Of a DNA stretch of 64,000 bases, positions 1 through 12,682 are shown piece after piece. The stretch comes from Selaginella moellendorffii. Its lineage: Eukaryota; Plantae; Lycopodiophyta. Both the position numbers and the translations under genes were made by a program. Location: positions 248,001 through 312,000 of the forward strand of contig NW_003314275.1 of the NCBI RefSeq assembly GCF_000143415.4, given 5' to 3'. The notes beneath the pieces are model-generated. The model saw only the letters and a program-made list of their open reading frames with translations. It was not told the DNA's origin and did no database searches. Numbering within the stretch: the stretch's first letter is position 1; every line of letters begins with the position of its first letter.

Positions 1-73
1 CGGCAGGGTCCGTGACATAACTTCTGCACCAGGTGTCGAAATTGACCAAATAAAGGCACCCAGCGTGATGAAG

Positions 74-758
74 AAGAAGGAGTTCCCAGGTAGGGCAAGC
101 ACGTTCCCACCCAGAATGGGCGAGCTGGGCATTAGCCCAGCGAGCATGTTCTGGAGGGAACGTGCGAGCCCGTGCCTGAGAACGACCTTAACGGGCTGTG
201 GCGAGACCATTAACAGACACGTGAAAGAATGTTATTCGAGGATGAGAGGGTTCTCCAGAATTGGCAGCTGGTAGCCTGGTTCTCCAGAATGGCAGCTGGC
301 AGCTAAGTTCTGGAGAACTTGGCAGTTGTCAACCATGTTCTCGCAGAGAACTTGACTCGATCCGACGGCTGCCAACGGTTAGATCAAGTTAATGGGTGAG
401 CCACAGCCCATTAAGAAGGAGTTCCCGGGTAGGGCAAGCACGTTCCCGCCCAGAACGGGCGAGCCGGGCATTAGCCCGGTGAGCACGTTCTGGAGGGAAC
501 GTGCAAGCCCGTGCCTGGGAACGACCTTAACAAGCTGTGGCGAGACCATTAACAGACACGTGGAAGAATGTTATTCGAGGATGAGAGGGTTCTCCAGAAT
601 TGGCAGCTGGTAGGCTAGTTCTCCAGAACCTGGCAGCTGGCAGCTAGGTTCTGGAGAACCTGGCAGTTGTCAGCCATGTTCTTGCAGAGAGCTTGACTCG
701 ATCCGACGGCTGCCAATGGTTGGATCAAGTTAATAGGCGAGCCACAGCCTGTTAAGAA
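74..758. repeat. Two ~339-bp tandem units containing internal hairpins
   Basis: AAGAAGGAGTTCCC... starts at 74 and again at 413, and the units align along their length. Each unit has GTTCTCCAGAA...TTCTGGAGAAC inverted arms (e.g. 618-659). The near-identical ORFs 65-274 and 392-613 reflect the repeat. Confidence 0.9.
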
Positions 759-1146
759 TCACGTCGATGCACACTCGCAAAGAAAATCCAGCCACTTGCA
801 ACATGTGGTCGCCAAATTGAAGCAAAAGTATGAATAACCTCCCGAAAGCCGTTGGTTTGAGTGAGCAGAGTATACCTGCCATATCCTCACAGCAGCATAT
901 CCTCACGAATAAGGTCGCAAAAAGCACATAAACCATAAAAGGCTCCCCTGCTGCAGATGCCGCCTAAAAAAAGATGGCAACACAAAGGCTAAATCAGGAC
1001 GAATGATTATAGATGCTTTCCAGGTGAGGTCGAAAGAAATGAAAGTTTCATCATATCCGTGAGAAAAACGTGAGCCCATCCACTGCACGCAGATCCACAT
1101 AGGCAACACAATATCTCCTACATCCGATGTCGAAACTGACCAATTT
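755..1146 (-). repeat. Inverted copy of 9045-9320 (dispersed repeat fragment)
   Basis: The reverse complement aligns with 9045-9320 (e.g. MVYVLFATLFVRICCCE vs MVYVLFVTLFVRICCCE). About 110 bp extra is present in this copy. Confidence 0.85.
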
Positions 1147-1489
1147 TTGGCGATCTGAAAACACGACCTATAGAGTGATATTCACTGTCGGATGAAAAGT
1201 TGTGCCGCGAGATTGGCTCAAGGGCAAAGGCAGATTTGAGCTGTGGCAGCCTCCATGATGAAAAGGCACACAAACTTGAGCAGATCTAGAAAGACTGTAG
1301 TCTGCAAACCATGAAAAGCTGAACCATGATTCATTCCATCGACAGATCTCTTCAAAGCAGCCATCATCATCGAATAGCTCCTAATTGAGACAAGGAGGCT
1401 AGTAACTCCCGCCTTGAAACTCAAGAGCAGTTGCCCTTGAACAAGCAGTCTCTCAAACAATCACTCCATATCAGATTCACACAACACTA

Positions 1490-1866
1490 TCAAAACTTTC
1501 TAGAGGTATTGAGAATGTATATGTTGGTGAAGAAGCATTTTTTTGGCCTGGGATGAAGTTAGATGTTAAGAAGTATGTACATGGTTGTTTGACCTATCAA
1601 GTGGTTAAAGTTGATCATCAAAAGCTCACTAGACTTTATCATCCTTTATGTATACCTAAGAATAAGTGAAATAACATTTTGATGGACTTTATCGCTAGTT
1701 TGCTCAAAACCTTTCAAGGAAATGATGCTATTTGGGTTGTTGTGGATTGTTTGACGAAGATGGCTCACTTCTTCCTTGTGAAGACAATAATAAAAGTTTC
1801 TAAACTTGCTCAATTGTTTGTAAACCTATTATTCAATTTCTATGGTTTGCCAGGTAACATTGTGTC
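1490..1866 (+). mobile_element. Degenerate Ty3/gypsy (Tf2/chromovirus-like) integrase fragment
   Basis: FFWPGMKLDVKKYVHGCLTYQ...MDFIASL...GNDAIWVVVDCLTKMAHF...YGLPGNIVS motifs with an in-frame stop. This is a different family from the element at 21 kb. Confidence 0.8.
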
Positions 1867-4800
1867 TAGCTTTATTCCATTTTTCTTCTTTTGCTCTTTC
1901 CTTTTCATTCATTTTCATGGCAGATTAACAATCTCCTCCTCCTTTGACTCTAGAGCAGCAAGTTGATGCAATTACTTGATGCTATTTGATTGCAATTGAA
2001 CAACCAAATTTAACTGATGGCAGCATTCATGGCACATGGTATAGCTCCTCTTGCTCTTGGTGCTGATCCTCGTGTTTGGCCAGAGTTCTTTCGTGGGAAT
2101 CCTTTGGATGATGTGTATTATTAGTTTAATCACTTCACGGTGATTGCCACATATTATTCTTGGGATGATGCTCGAAGTTTCCCACGTGTCTCCAAGGGAC
2201 GGCGTTGTAGTGGTACAATGGTTTAAGCGCAACCACTCATGGGGATTGAAGTGTTCTCTCGGACGTTTTCAAATGTGCATTTGGACATGTCAACGATTGT
2301 GATGATGCCTTCCAACAATTGTATCGTCTTCGTCAAGGGCCATCTGAGTCGGTGATGCATTTGGTGTTCATTTTCGAAGCCTCTTGCTTCATGTAAAACC
2401 GAATATGTTGGAGCGGATCAAGCTAGGAATGTTGTGGCCAGCACTTCGTCAAGATCTTGTTGGATTTGTGCATGCACTTGCTCCAGCCACCCTTGACGAT
2501 GCTCTTTGCTTAGCATAACGTTATGAGATGTTATCTCTTCCACTTCTTGCTACATGTCCTTCCACTCCACTTCATGTGGGCGATAGTCCTGTTCCAATGG
2601 AGGTTGATGCTACTGCTGCTCAAGTCCAAGGACAAGGGCAAGGATGTGGTCATGGCCGTGACATTTGCTGCTAGGCATGTGATGAAGTTGGTCACACTTT
2701 TCCGGATTAGCGACTTTCATTTCCTAGGTGGAGATCTTGGCATCAGCAATGTCCTATTGGTGCTATTGCAATGGAAGGTCTGGACATCGTTGGTTCACCA
2801 AGCTAGATCTTGCTTCTGGGTACTGGCAAGTACTGATGGCCGAAGAAGATATTCCTAAGACTGCTTTTCATACTCCATTTGGTTTGTACGAGTTTTTGGT
2901 GATGCCGTTTGGTTTTAACAATGTTTCAGCAATTTTCTAGTGGATGATGGACGAGGTTCTTTGCGATATGCCGGAAGTGATTGTTGACTTTATTGATGAT
3001 GTATTGATCCACTCGGAGGGGATATGGGAAGAGCACATTCGTGATTTTTCTAAAGTGTTGGATCAGTTACCGGACATTGGTTTAAAGCTGAAGCGGTCGA
3101 AGTGCATGTTTGGGTCCAAGAACACTTGGGTACCGTATTTCTCGTAAGGGTTTGCAAGTTGATCATGACAAACTTGTGGTTGTTCTAAAGTTCCTTATGA
3201 ATGATGTGTAGCACTTCCTAGGCAAGGTGCAGTATCTTGGTCATGTTGTGGATCATCTTTTTGATTGCATTGCACCGTTGTGAGCGTTGCTGAAGTCATT
3301 AATGTCATCTTTCATTTAGTCTCCAGATTGTGAGCAGGTGTTCGTGGATCTCAAAGAAGTATTGACGACTCCTCCAGTTTTGGCATATCCTGACTACACT
3401 CGACCTTTTATTTTACGCGTGGATGCTTTTGATATTAGTCTTGGAGGTGTGTTGATGCAAGAGAGCCCTAGTGTGCTTGATCAGTGCCATCCCATTGCAT
3501 ATATAAGTTATACATTACAACTAGCAGAGGTGAACTACTCCATGACAAAGAAGAAGTGTTTAGTAGCAGTCTAGGGTTTCAAGAAACTTCATGCATATTA
3601 AATGGTTCTCAGACATTATTTAAAGGTGATCATATTGCCATTACTTTATTATTGAAGTGGAAGAACCTAGTTAATTGTACTTCTCGGTGGGTTTTGAAGT
3701 TTTAGATATATAATTTTGATGTTGTTCATCACCCAAGGAGTTTTATAGCTGATATTGATGCCCTTTCTTGAGTTCCTCTTCCTTCTCCACTCTCTTCTCA
3801 TGTTTCTGACAAGCCTGTTGTTCCGGCATCTATGGATTTTCTAGACGAGAATTCTATGCTGTTGGCGGTTGTTGTACTTGACGTTCAGTGTTCACAAAGT
3901 GCAGAGCAAGATCTACCTTCTTTTGATGAGGTTTGCGAGGCTCAAAAGCGTGAACCATAGATTCAAAAGCTTCAAGATGGGGTTGAGAATTTTGCATCAC
4001 TTGTTGATGACTTACTATTCCAGCATTTACATTTTTAATATCACTTTGAAGATGGCCTTTTTTATTTTGTGGGGACTGATCCTAATTATCCTTTACGACT
4101 GGTGGTGCCTTCCATCTTTATTCCACAGTTTCTCTATACTTACCATGATTCTTCTATTCTAGGCGGGCATATGGGACATCATCGTGTGACTGAGAAGTTG
4201 CACAAGTCTTTCTATTGGCCAGAAATATGACTTGATATTATCTGATATATGTATAGCTATGTTTGGTGCCAAGATCATAATACTCCCCTTCATGCCACGG
4301 AAAGACAATTAGAGTGAATTGCAATTTCCTGTCTATTTGAGTTGGTGGTATTTGATCTTATGAGACCTTTTCCACGATCGACTGCTGGCAATGAATATAT
4401 TATTATTTCTTCTGACTATTTGATTTGTTGGGTGGAAGTTGGTGCTCTTGCTAGTGCCTCTGCAACTACTATTGGATACTTCCTCCTCAATCGAGTGGTG
4501 TTCCAACATTTTTGTCAAGAGCGGATTCTTTCGGATAATGGTCCTACATTTATGGCTTATTTTGACGTCTCGGTTGGGGATACACCACACTTTCATAAGT
4601 GCTTATTATCCACAGTCAAACAGTTTGGTGGAATGGCTTGTTAAGACATTCAAAAGAATGATCGCAAAGTATGTGAAAGTCAATATTCGGATTGGGATGG
4701 TTATTTACGGTCTCTTCGGTATGCATATGTCACAAGGGTGTAGGGTTTTGTTGGTGCTTTACCATATAAACTTCTATATAGTCATGATCTAATATTACCA

Positions 4801-5465
4801 ACAGAGCTGGGTTTACCTTCGTAATTGCCATGAGTTGCTGATGCTATGTTGTGGGATTAGTATTTAATGAGCATTCCTTCACTTGTCCGAGCAGAATTTA
4901 CCAAACACTTAGGCCATGTACAAGTGGGATAACAACAGTGCTACAACTCCCATCATCGTCCACCTACGGAGTACAAAGTGGATGACTAATCCGTTTTCCC
5001 CATCTTATGGTACGTGGTTTATCTAGGGGGCTCCTTGCTTAGTGGAAAGGACTATATCGGGTGTTGCGGCAAGTTGGACCGCAAGTTTATGAAGTTTGGC
5101 ATAATGTCTAATAGGCCGATCCTCCAAAAATTGTGCATGTGCAGTGGTTGAAAAGCTTTATACAAAGGGATTAGGAACAATTGATACCACCTATAGATCC
5201 ATTAATGCCTCCTCCTGATGTTCCTCTAGATCCCGGCCCATCTACAATAGAACTTGATGGGCTTCCATTATTCCGAGAGGAGGGGATGATGTGAGGTCCA
5301 AGTGTACAATTACGATGTCATATATTAATATTAATATAGTGGGATTTTGGTAGCTGTCAGATTAATTTCAATCTAGACCACTCGCTCTTGTATATAAATT
5401 AGGGTTTTTGGGGTAATTGATATGCACATTTTCTGTATTCCCTTTCCATATTCCATGCCCTTATA
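1866..5465 (+). mobile_element. Decayed, 5'-truncated, internally deleted copy of the gypsy element at 21123-26123
   Basis: Collinear with ~21480-26123 but with many stops. A ~990-bp deletion at ~2786 joins the gag end to mid-RT. PPT at ~5275-5289 and 3' LTR at 5290-5465 are retained. Confidence 0.95.
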
Positions 5466-5589
5466 GAATTAGTCTAAAGTGGATATATATAATGGATTTA
5501 GTTAATGTATGTAATATTTTTGTCATTGAAAAAATTAGTAAGAGGTTATATAATCTATAGTTTTGTTGATGGATATGAAACCTAATGCT

Positions 5590-5652
5590 TATATATATAT
5601 ATACATAGACATATATATATATACATATATATATATACATATACATATACAT

Positions 5653-5683
<31 letters not shown>

Positions 5684-5698
5684 CATATACATATACAT

Positions 5699-5729
<31 letters not shown>

Positions 5730-5770
5730 CATATACATATACATATATACATATACATATGTATATATAC

Positions 5771-5807
<37 letters not shown>

Positions 5808-5864
5808 CATATATATATACATATATACATATATATACATATACATATATATATATACATATAC

Positions 5865-5927
<63 letters not shown>

Positions 5928-5974
5928 CATATACATATACATATACATATATATACATATACATATACATATAC

Positions 5975-6033
<59 letters not shown>

Positions 6034-6082
6034 CATACACATATATACATATATATACATATACATACACATATATACATAT

Positions 6083-6115
<33 letters not shown>

Positions 6116-6270
6116 CACATATATGTATATACATATACATATATATACATATACATATACATATATACATACATATATACATACATATACATATACATAT
6201 ATACATATACATACATATATATATGTACATATGTATATGTATATGTATATGTATATATATGTATGTATTC
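5590..6270. repeat. Compound (TA)n/(TATACA)n microsatellite, ~680 bp
   Basis: Directly visible. It produces the spurious YIYI/MYMY ORFs. The last ~45 bp switches to the inverted (TATATG) phase. Confidence 0.97.
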
Positions 6271-6271
6271 A

Positions 6272-7140
6272 ATTTTTTAGACTTATTAATGTATCTAAAT
6301 AAAAAGCTTCTATGATACTTTGGACTTCCATAATAATAAAAAAAAGCAAAATTTCATTCTATCTATATAGCCACAACATTTATGTAATTTTTATTTAAAA
6401 TATTTTTTTCATTCATTATTAAGTTTCTATACATATTTGTATATACATATTTATATATAATCTTTATAAGCATAAGCTCTGTTGTTTTATTAGCTTTCAC
6501 ATAATAATCTATTGATCCGACGGCTGTCATTGGTTGAACGGTGACGATTGTTTCAAAAGACCTAATGTAAGGGTTTTCACAGAGGGTTAAATTCAAGCTA
6601 TGGATGCCTCTTCATCTAGAAAGCGTGGGCAAGAGCCAGATGAAGAGGGAGAGCAGGAGGAGAAAAAGTGACTTAAAAGAGGTGAGCTTGCTCGTGTGAA
6701 ATGTTGTCTGGGGGCGGCAGTTGGGGAAATTGCAGAACTTGAATACCAATTGTGGGAAGCCGAGGAGGATGCTGAACTAAAGGAGCAGCTAGCCTCAGAG
6801 AAAGTGCGGGTGAGGGGACTCGAGGTGGATAAGTTGAAACTGGAACGCGAGCTCTCTGAAATCCTCCAGCTGCCACCTGAATCCTTGAAAAGAGTGGAGG
6901 GTCAACATGTCTCTGGATTCTACTGCAGACATGAGGAAACTAGAAGAGGATCAAAAGACATATGCACGTAGAATGTTTGGATGGGTTAAGAACACGGCAA
7001 TGTGCAAGTGTTTGGAGCCAAAGCTCAGTGTGAAAAAGAGTAAGTAAAACTTCATAGTTTGTTCTGTCCACAATCAATCTGAGAATTTTTCTGAGGCAAA
7101 GCAATGACTGCACCATCTCAATTCTTTGCCTACATTGCAG
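6272..7140 (+). pseudogene. Internally deleted copy of the NTPase-REase gene at 9702 (upstream region, 5' end and 3' end only)
   Basis: 6272-6902 aligns to ~9357-10004 (ATG at 6600; CGA>TGA stop at ~6669). 6900-7140 aligns to 12535-12731. About 2.53 kb is missing, and the junction has a GGT microhomology. Confidence 0.93.
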
Positions 7141-7203
7141 CTTTTGGTCACTTTGCACTTTTGACTGTTCTAGAACGTCCTTATGTGTGTGGCCAGAAGA
7201 GAG

Positions 7204-8999
7204 TGTAAGCGACTAATTTTTTCATTTCACTTTAGTCACTTAACCGCACCTCCGACCACTTGGAGGAGTCTCATTCACAACCTCCATAAGTCCCAGTTAG
7301 GACTTGGGGCTTGCTAGCCCCGAGAATGGCATCCATGCCACTCCACCTTTGCACTTGGTCTAAGTGCTCCACGTGTCCGATCCCATGACCGGCACTCCAA
7401 GGTACCACCAACATACTAGCCCGTTACGCTAGGCCATGCCCATTCGCCTTGGTCACACCGGTGGTCTAATGCCACCTGCATCATAATCCTGTCTCTCAAA
7501 GACTGGGCCATCTGTCCATGAGCGATCATCCTAGATCTACTCCTTAGCATCCATAGGATGCCCACAGACATGGGGAATAGTCTTCCCCGACAACTCTTTT
7601 CCAGTCCCCACCAAGTCCCTTTTAGTCTATGGCCGTGTTCGCCAACACTGCCACTGGATCAAGGCCCGTAGGCCTGACCACTAAGTCCCACTATCCTTTG
7701 GGACTTCCTCACCATGTGACCATATCCTTGGTCACTGCATTAGAGGCCTACTCCTCTTCCCTTTCACCGTTTGGGACTTTGGGACAACATTTCGGAACAC
7801 CGTGGCCTTACGCAAGCCTCATGGGTACTCTCCCCGCCTTTCGTCTTTAGGTGCTCTAGCCATGGGCTTAGAGCGAGGTTCCGTTGAGCCACGACAGGTA
7901 TCCAAGTAGGTAGTGCCACCCACACTCGGACTGGGAGCATCGGCCAATCGATCTCCCGGGGGAACTAGAGTTGGCTCTTGAACACTTTACCAAGTTACCC
8001 CGCTTGTCGGTCTGTGTTCACTCTAGTCTTGGACTTCCCAGTGGGCAGCTCATCACCCAACACTGGGTCCGGCCTTCCTAGGCCAAACTAGCCTTTCCTG
8101 GCCAAACTAGCTCTATTGCAGTCCTCCCCCTTACTATACTTTTGGAGCTCACCTAACCCCCCAGGGTCTAGGAGACGAATGCTTTGGGCTTTCACCCTCT
8201 CAGACTTGAACTCGGACTCGAACTCGGACTCGAACTCAGACTCGGGCTCGGGCTTGGTCTCGGCCTCGGCCTCAGTCTCGGTCTCGGTCTCGGTCTCGGT
8301 CCCGGTCTCGGTCTCGACTTCGGACTCCATCTCGGGTCCATCTCGAACTCCATCTCGGACTCCATCTCGGGTCCATCTCGGACTCCATCTCGTGTCCATC
8401 TCGGGTCCATCTCGGACTCCATCTCAGGTCCATCTCGGACTCCATCTCGGACTCCATATCGGACTCCATCTCGGGTCCATCTCGGACTCCATCTCGGATC
8501 CATCTCGGACTCCATCTCGGGTCCATCTCGGACTCCATCTCGGACTCCATTTCGGGTCCATCTCGGGTCCACCTTGGACTCCACCTTAGACTCCATCTCG
8601 GACTCCATCTCGGGTCCATCTCGGACTCCATCTCGGGTCCGTCTTGGACTCAATCTCGGATCCATCTCGGACTCCATCTCGGGTTCATCTCGGACTCCAC
8701 CTCGGACTCCATCTCGGGGTCCTTCTTGGACTCCACTTCGGACTCCAACTCGAGTCCATCTCGGACACTTCCACGTGTCATGTGTTGGTCCTTTTGGGTC
8801 CCTTTTTTGGAGCCTCGCTTATTACTCGCTTCGTGCTCGTTCCTCGAGCCCTTTGTTGGGAGTTCCACTCCCGCTCTCGACCTTTCAAGTCGGGGCTTTT
8901 TAATCCAAATGTGTTACGCTCGTTTGATTTTCGCTTTGGCCACCACCACATGGCACCCTTCCAGCTCCACTTTGGGGCCTAGGGATTTTGTGTCTCACA
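7204..8999. mobile_element. Solo LTR (~1.8 kb) with internal minisatellite
   Basis: Termini TGTAAG...CTCACA with an exact 5-bp flanking duplication GAGAG (7199-7203 and 9000-9004). No coding domains inside. Confidence 0.8.
8200..8770. repeat. GC-rich minisatellite: 6-bp (CTCGGN) units grading into 11/12-bp CTCGGACTCCAT/CTCGGGTCCAT units
   Basis: Directly visible. It generates the repetitive ORFs in all frames at 8088-8982. Confidence 0.95.
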
Positions 9000-9701
9000 G
9001 AGAGATGCTACAGTTTGAGAAAGCTGGTTCTTATGTACAGTTTGAAAATCGGTCAGTTTCGACATCAGATGTAGGAGATATTGCATTGCCTATGCGGATC
9101 TGCACGGGGCTCAAGGGAGCATCTGCATCTGAGCCTTTTATGGTTTATGTGCTTTTTGTGACCTTATTCGTGAGGATATGCTGCTGTGAGGTCTCTAGGT
9201 TTCATGTGTATACTCTGCTCACTCACACCAATGGCTTTCGGGAGGTTCTTCATACTTTTGCTTCACCACATGTTGTGAGTGGCCGGATTTTCTTTGCGCG
9301 TGTGCATCGACGTGATTCTTCTAAAGATATATTAACTTAATAAAAAATAAAACTGAGTTTTTTTAGATATATTAATGTATCGAAATAAATTAGCTTCTAT
9401 GATACTTTGGATTTCCACAATGATAATAATAAGCAAATTTCATTCTATCTATATAGCCACAACATTTATGTAATTTTTATTTAAAATATTTTTTTCATTC
9501 ATTAATAAGTTTCTATACATATTTTATATACATATTTATATAGAAATTTAACTCCATAATCTTTATAAGTTCTATTATTTTATTAGCATAATTTATTGAT
9601 CCGACGGCTGTCGTTGGTTGAACGGTGACGATTGTTTCAAAAGACCTAATGTTAGGGTTTTCTACGGCGGCGAGAGGTCTTTGTAGGGTTAAGTTCAAGC
9701 T

Positions 9702-12682
9702 ATGGACGCCTCTTCAGCTAGAAAGCGTGGGCGAGAGCCGAATGAAGAGGAAGAGCAGGAGGAGAAAAAGCGACTTAAAGTAGGTGAGATTGCTCGTGTG
9801 CAATTTCGTCTGCAGGAGGCACTTATGGAAATTGCACGCCTTAACTTGAAATCGTGGGAAGCCGGGGAGGATGCCGAACTAAAGGAGCAGATAGCCTCAG
9901 AGAGAGTGCGGGCGAGTCAACTCCAGGAGGATGAGTGGAGACTGGAACGCGAGCTCTCTGAAATCCTCCAGCCACCACCTGAATACTTGAAAAGAGTGGA
10001 GGGTATTGCCGAATCAGCATTTGCGCAGGAGTACCAAAGAGTTGGGGGATTAGACAACGTGGAGTTGTTGCGTGAGAAGCTGGAAGAAACAGGAGACATG
10101 TGGAAGGCGGAGAAACTCATGATAGCACCTGTTGTCACGTTAGTTCAGTCGAGTGGCTGGGGAAAGTCGAGGACTACCTGCGAGCTTGCGAATTTAGGTG
10201 TGTTCGTCATCTACTGCTCATTCGCTTCATCTGGCACCGCGTACCCTCCAAGGTCTGCCTTTGCGGACTTCTTCTACACAAACGCCGTCAAATTGCTCAG
10301 CTCGGGTCCTACGCTTTTGTCGCAGAGCAGGTTCATGCTCTTCTGCATTGACTACTTTGTGTCATGCATCGAGGCTCTTCTGCAGCTGACTTCCGGGGAG
10401 GACCCCATGGATGCCAAAAAGTTCTTGAACGATCTCATGGTTGGGGAGAACTTTTGGGGACTGGTACAGGCGAAGATGGAGATAGGAAACGAAGCCCGGG
10501 GGGAGTTTGCTAAGCGCCTTGACGTCGACCTGAAAAAGGGGCCTGGCGAGAACACCAATATCTGGGGCATCTGGGAAAGTAAGGTGTTTAAGAAGTACAA
10601 CACGCTTGAAGGTCTACTGTCGAATGTTCCAGCTCCTGCCAAAGGAAAACTGAAGGTCCTGTTTGCCATGGATGAAGCCCGATGGTTTACTTCGCATGAT
10701 GATCCGAGAACTGTTGCTGCATTTGTTCCTGCAAGGAGGGCTTCCAGGGTGTTGCCTGAAAATGGGAGTGTGTCGGTGATGTTCACCGACACAAACGGGA
10801 GGCTAAACACTTTTGCGCCGCCCAATAAGGCATCCGGTGTAAGGTTTAGTAGCGATCGAGTGGCTGCGGCGGGAAAGCTAGTTGCACATCCAGCGTACTG
10901 CTTTTTCTTGGCAGACTTGCCATCGGACGAACAAACAGGTGGCCTTCGGCTTGCTCAAGTTCAAGATCTGGGTCGTCTTTGCGGCTATGGTCGGCCACTG
11001 TGGCAAGCATTGGTGAAGGCTTCCGCAAGTGCAGGTGACGTGCTGCTTTTGGCTGTAGATAAGCTCCTGGGTGGCACTGGTTCGTTCAACAAGTTTTTGT
11101 TTGAAGGAGAAGGTCTATCACATGAGGCTTGTCTGGCTACACTGGGCTGCAGAGTATGCATCGACATCAATCCGCATGCCACAATTATCACTGATATGGT
11201 TGCAAGTCACCTACTTAGCGTGATGTCCATTTCTGATGACCAGACTCTTGTTTGGATGCATTGGGCTACGGAGCCACTGGTTGCAGCGGCTGCAGCACAG
11301 GTTTTGTGTGCACAAGGGAAGATTGGGAGGACAGGGTGGAAGGAGTGCTTGGAGGCACTTGTAACTGGGATGAAGCGTGGATGGGTTGATCGAGGTTACA
11401 GGGGCGAGTTGCTTGCACGGGTGCTGCTACTACTTGCAGTGGATAGTCTAGGCAGAAGTTCATGGAAGTGCTTTACTTTTGACGAGCTTTGCCATGGCTT
11501 AAGTGGGAAGTCGCTGTCCGATCTTATTAGAGAAGATGAGCAGAATTCAGCATCTCCGGCCCCCAAGGCTCCAGGTGGTGGAGAAGAAGCGCTGGTCGAA
11601 GTAAACATGCCGCCACCTCCGGCCTCGGCTTTGAAGCGCAGGGTTAAAGTAAACAAAAAATTTCCGGTGTCCCTGTCCAAAGCTCCAGGAGAAAAAGCGC
11701 AGGTCAAAGTAAACACGCCGCCACCTGAGGTGAAGTCGCCATCTCCAACGCTGACGGCCTCGAAAGCTCCAGGTGGAAGTACGCACAATGCTGAAGGGGA
11801 AGGGGAAACAAAACAAGCAGGTGGCTCTATAGATGGAAGTGGTAAAGAAGAAATCCACAGAAACATGGGTGACGCCAAGTTTTTTTGCCTGCTATTCAGG
11901 AAAACCGACTTCCAACTGCAGGACCTCACCGCAAAAGATTTGCTTGAATTTGGAAAGGCTGGCGTGGGAATCATTTGCCGTGAAAATGAATGGGGCATAG
12001 ACATCGTCATCGTTGGGTTCTTTGGTGACACGTTTAGCCTGGAGACGATGACACTCATTTTGGTGCAGGTGAAACACACAGAGAAACTTGATGTTGATTT
12101 AGCATGTGCTAAATGCTCTCTGGAGTTTTCTCAGATGTTGAGTAGCAGTGCAGGGCCTCAAGGTTGGACTGGGTTGAAGGTGCCATACGCCAGTCTGGTT
12201 TTGAATGTGGCCCATGTGCCTTCCAGCAGTGTTCATTACAGAACTAGAAAACTTGTCACAGAAGCATTGCTGAAGAAGACGCCTGCAAATCAGTCCATGG
12301 CAATGGCTCTCCATGACGCTCATCCGGAATGCAAAGGCCTTCAGGGATGGACAGAAGGCTATGATGGGGATAGATCACACCCAGTATTCAAGTCATGGGA
12401 ACGGTATTTTGCTTCAGATGATCGTCTCCAACACATTGTGGTCATTCAAGGTAATTTCATTTTCAATCAGTTGATGTTCTCTTTTGCTCTCCAGGTTTGG
12501 ATGCATTCTCATCCAAGGACGAAGTGAAAGACCTGGTCGACATCTCTCTGGATTCTACTGCAGACATGAGGAAACTAGAACAAGATCAGAAGCCATATGC
12601 ACATAGAATGTTTGGATGGGTTAAGAACACGGAAATGCGCAAGTGTTTGGAGCCAAAGCTCAGTGTGAAAAAGAGTAAGTAA
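9702..12682 (+). CDS. Crinkler/RHS-type (CR) P-loop NTPase + PD-(D/E)xK-like restriction-endonuclease-fold protein, ~978 aa
   Basis: 941-aa open frame with Walker A (VQSSGWGKS), Walker B (LFAMDEAR), YPPRS and YGRPLW motifs, G-x-RGELLARVLLLLAVD, and a C-terminal GIDIVIV...LVQVK nuclease motif. A GT-AG intron at 12451-12494 joins in frame to ORF 12497-12682. A further intron at 12675-12731 is possible. Confidence 0.8.

Noticed and set aside
5461-6315. Long YIYI/MYMY ORFs on both strands
   Set aside because: Translation of a TA/CA microsatellite.
8088-8982. Multiple repetitive ORFs (SRTP/LGLHL)
   Set aside because: Artefacts of a stop-free minisatellite inside a solo LTR.
9595-9662. MSA-like (AACGG/GACGG) and telo-box motifs upstream of the CR gene
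   Set aside because: Short motifs common in plant promoters and TE ends, not enough to claim cell-cycle regulation.
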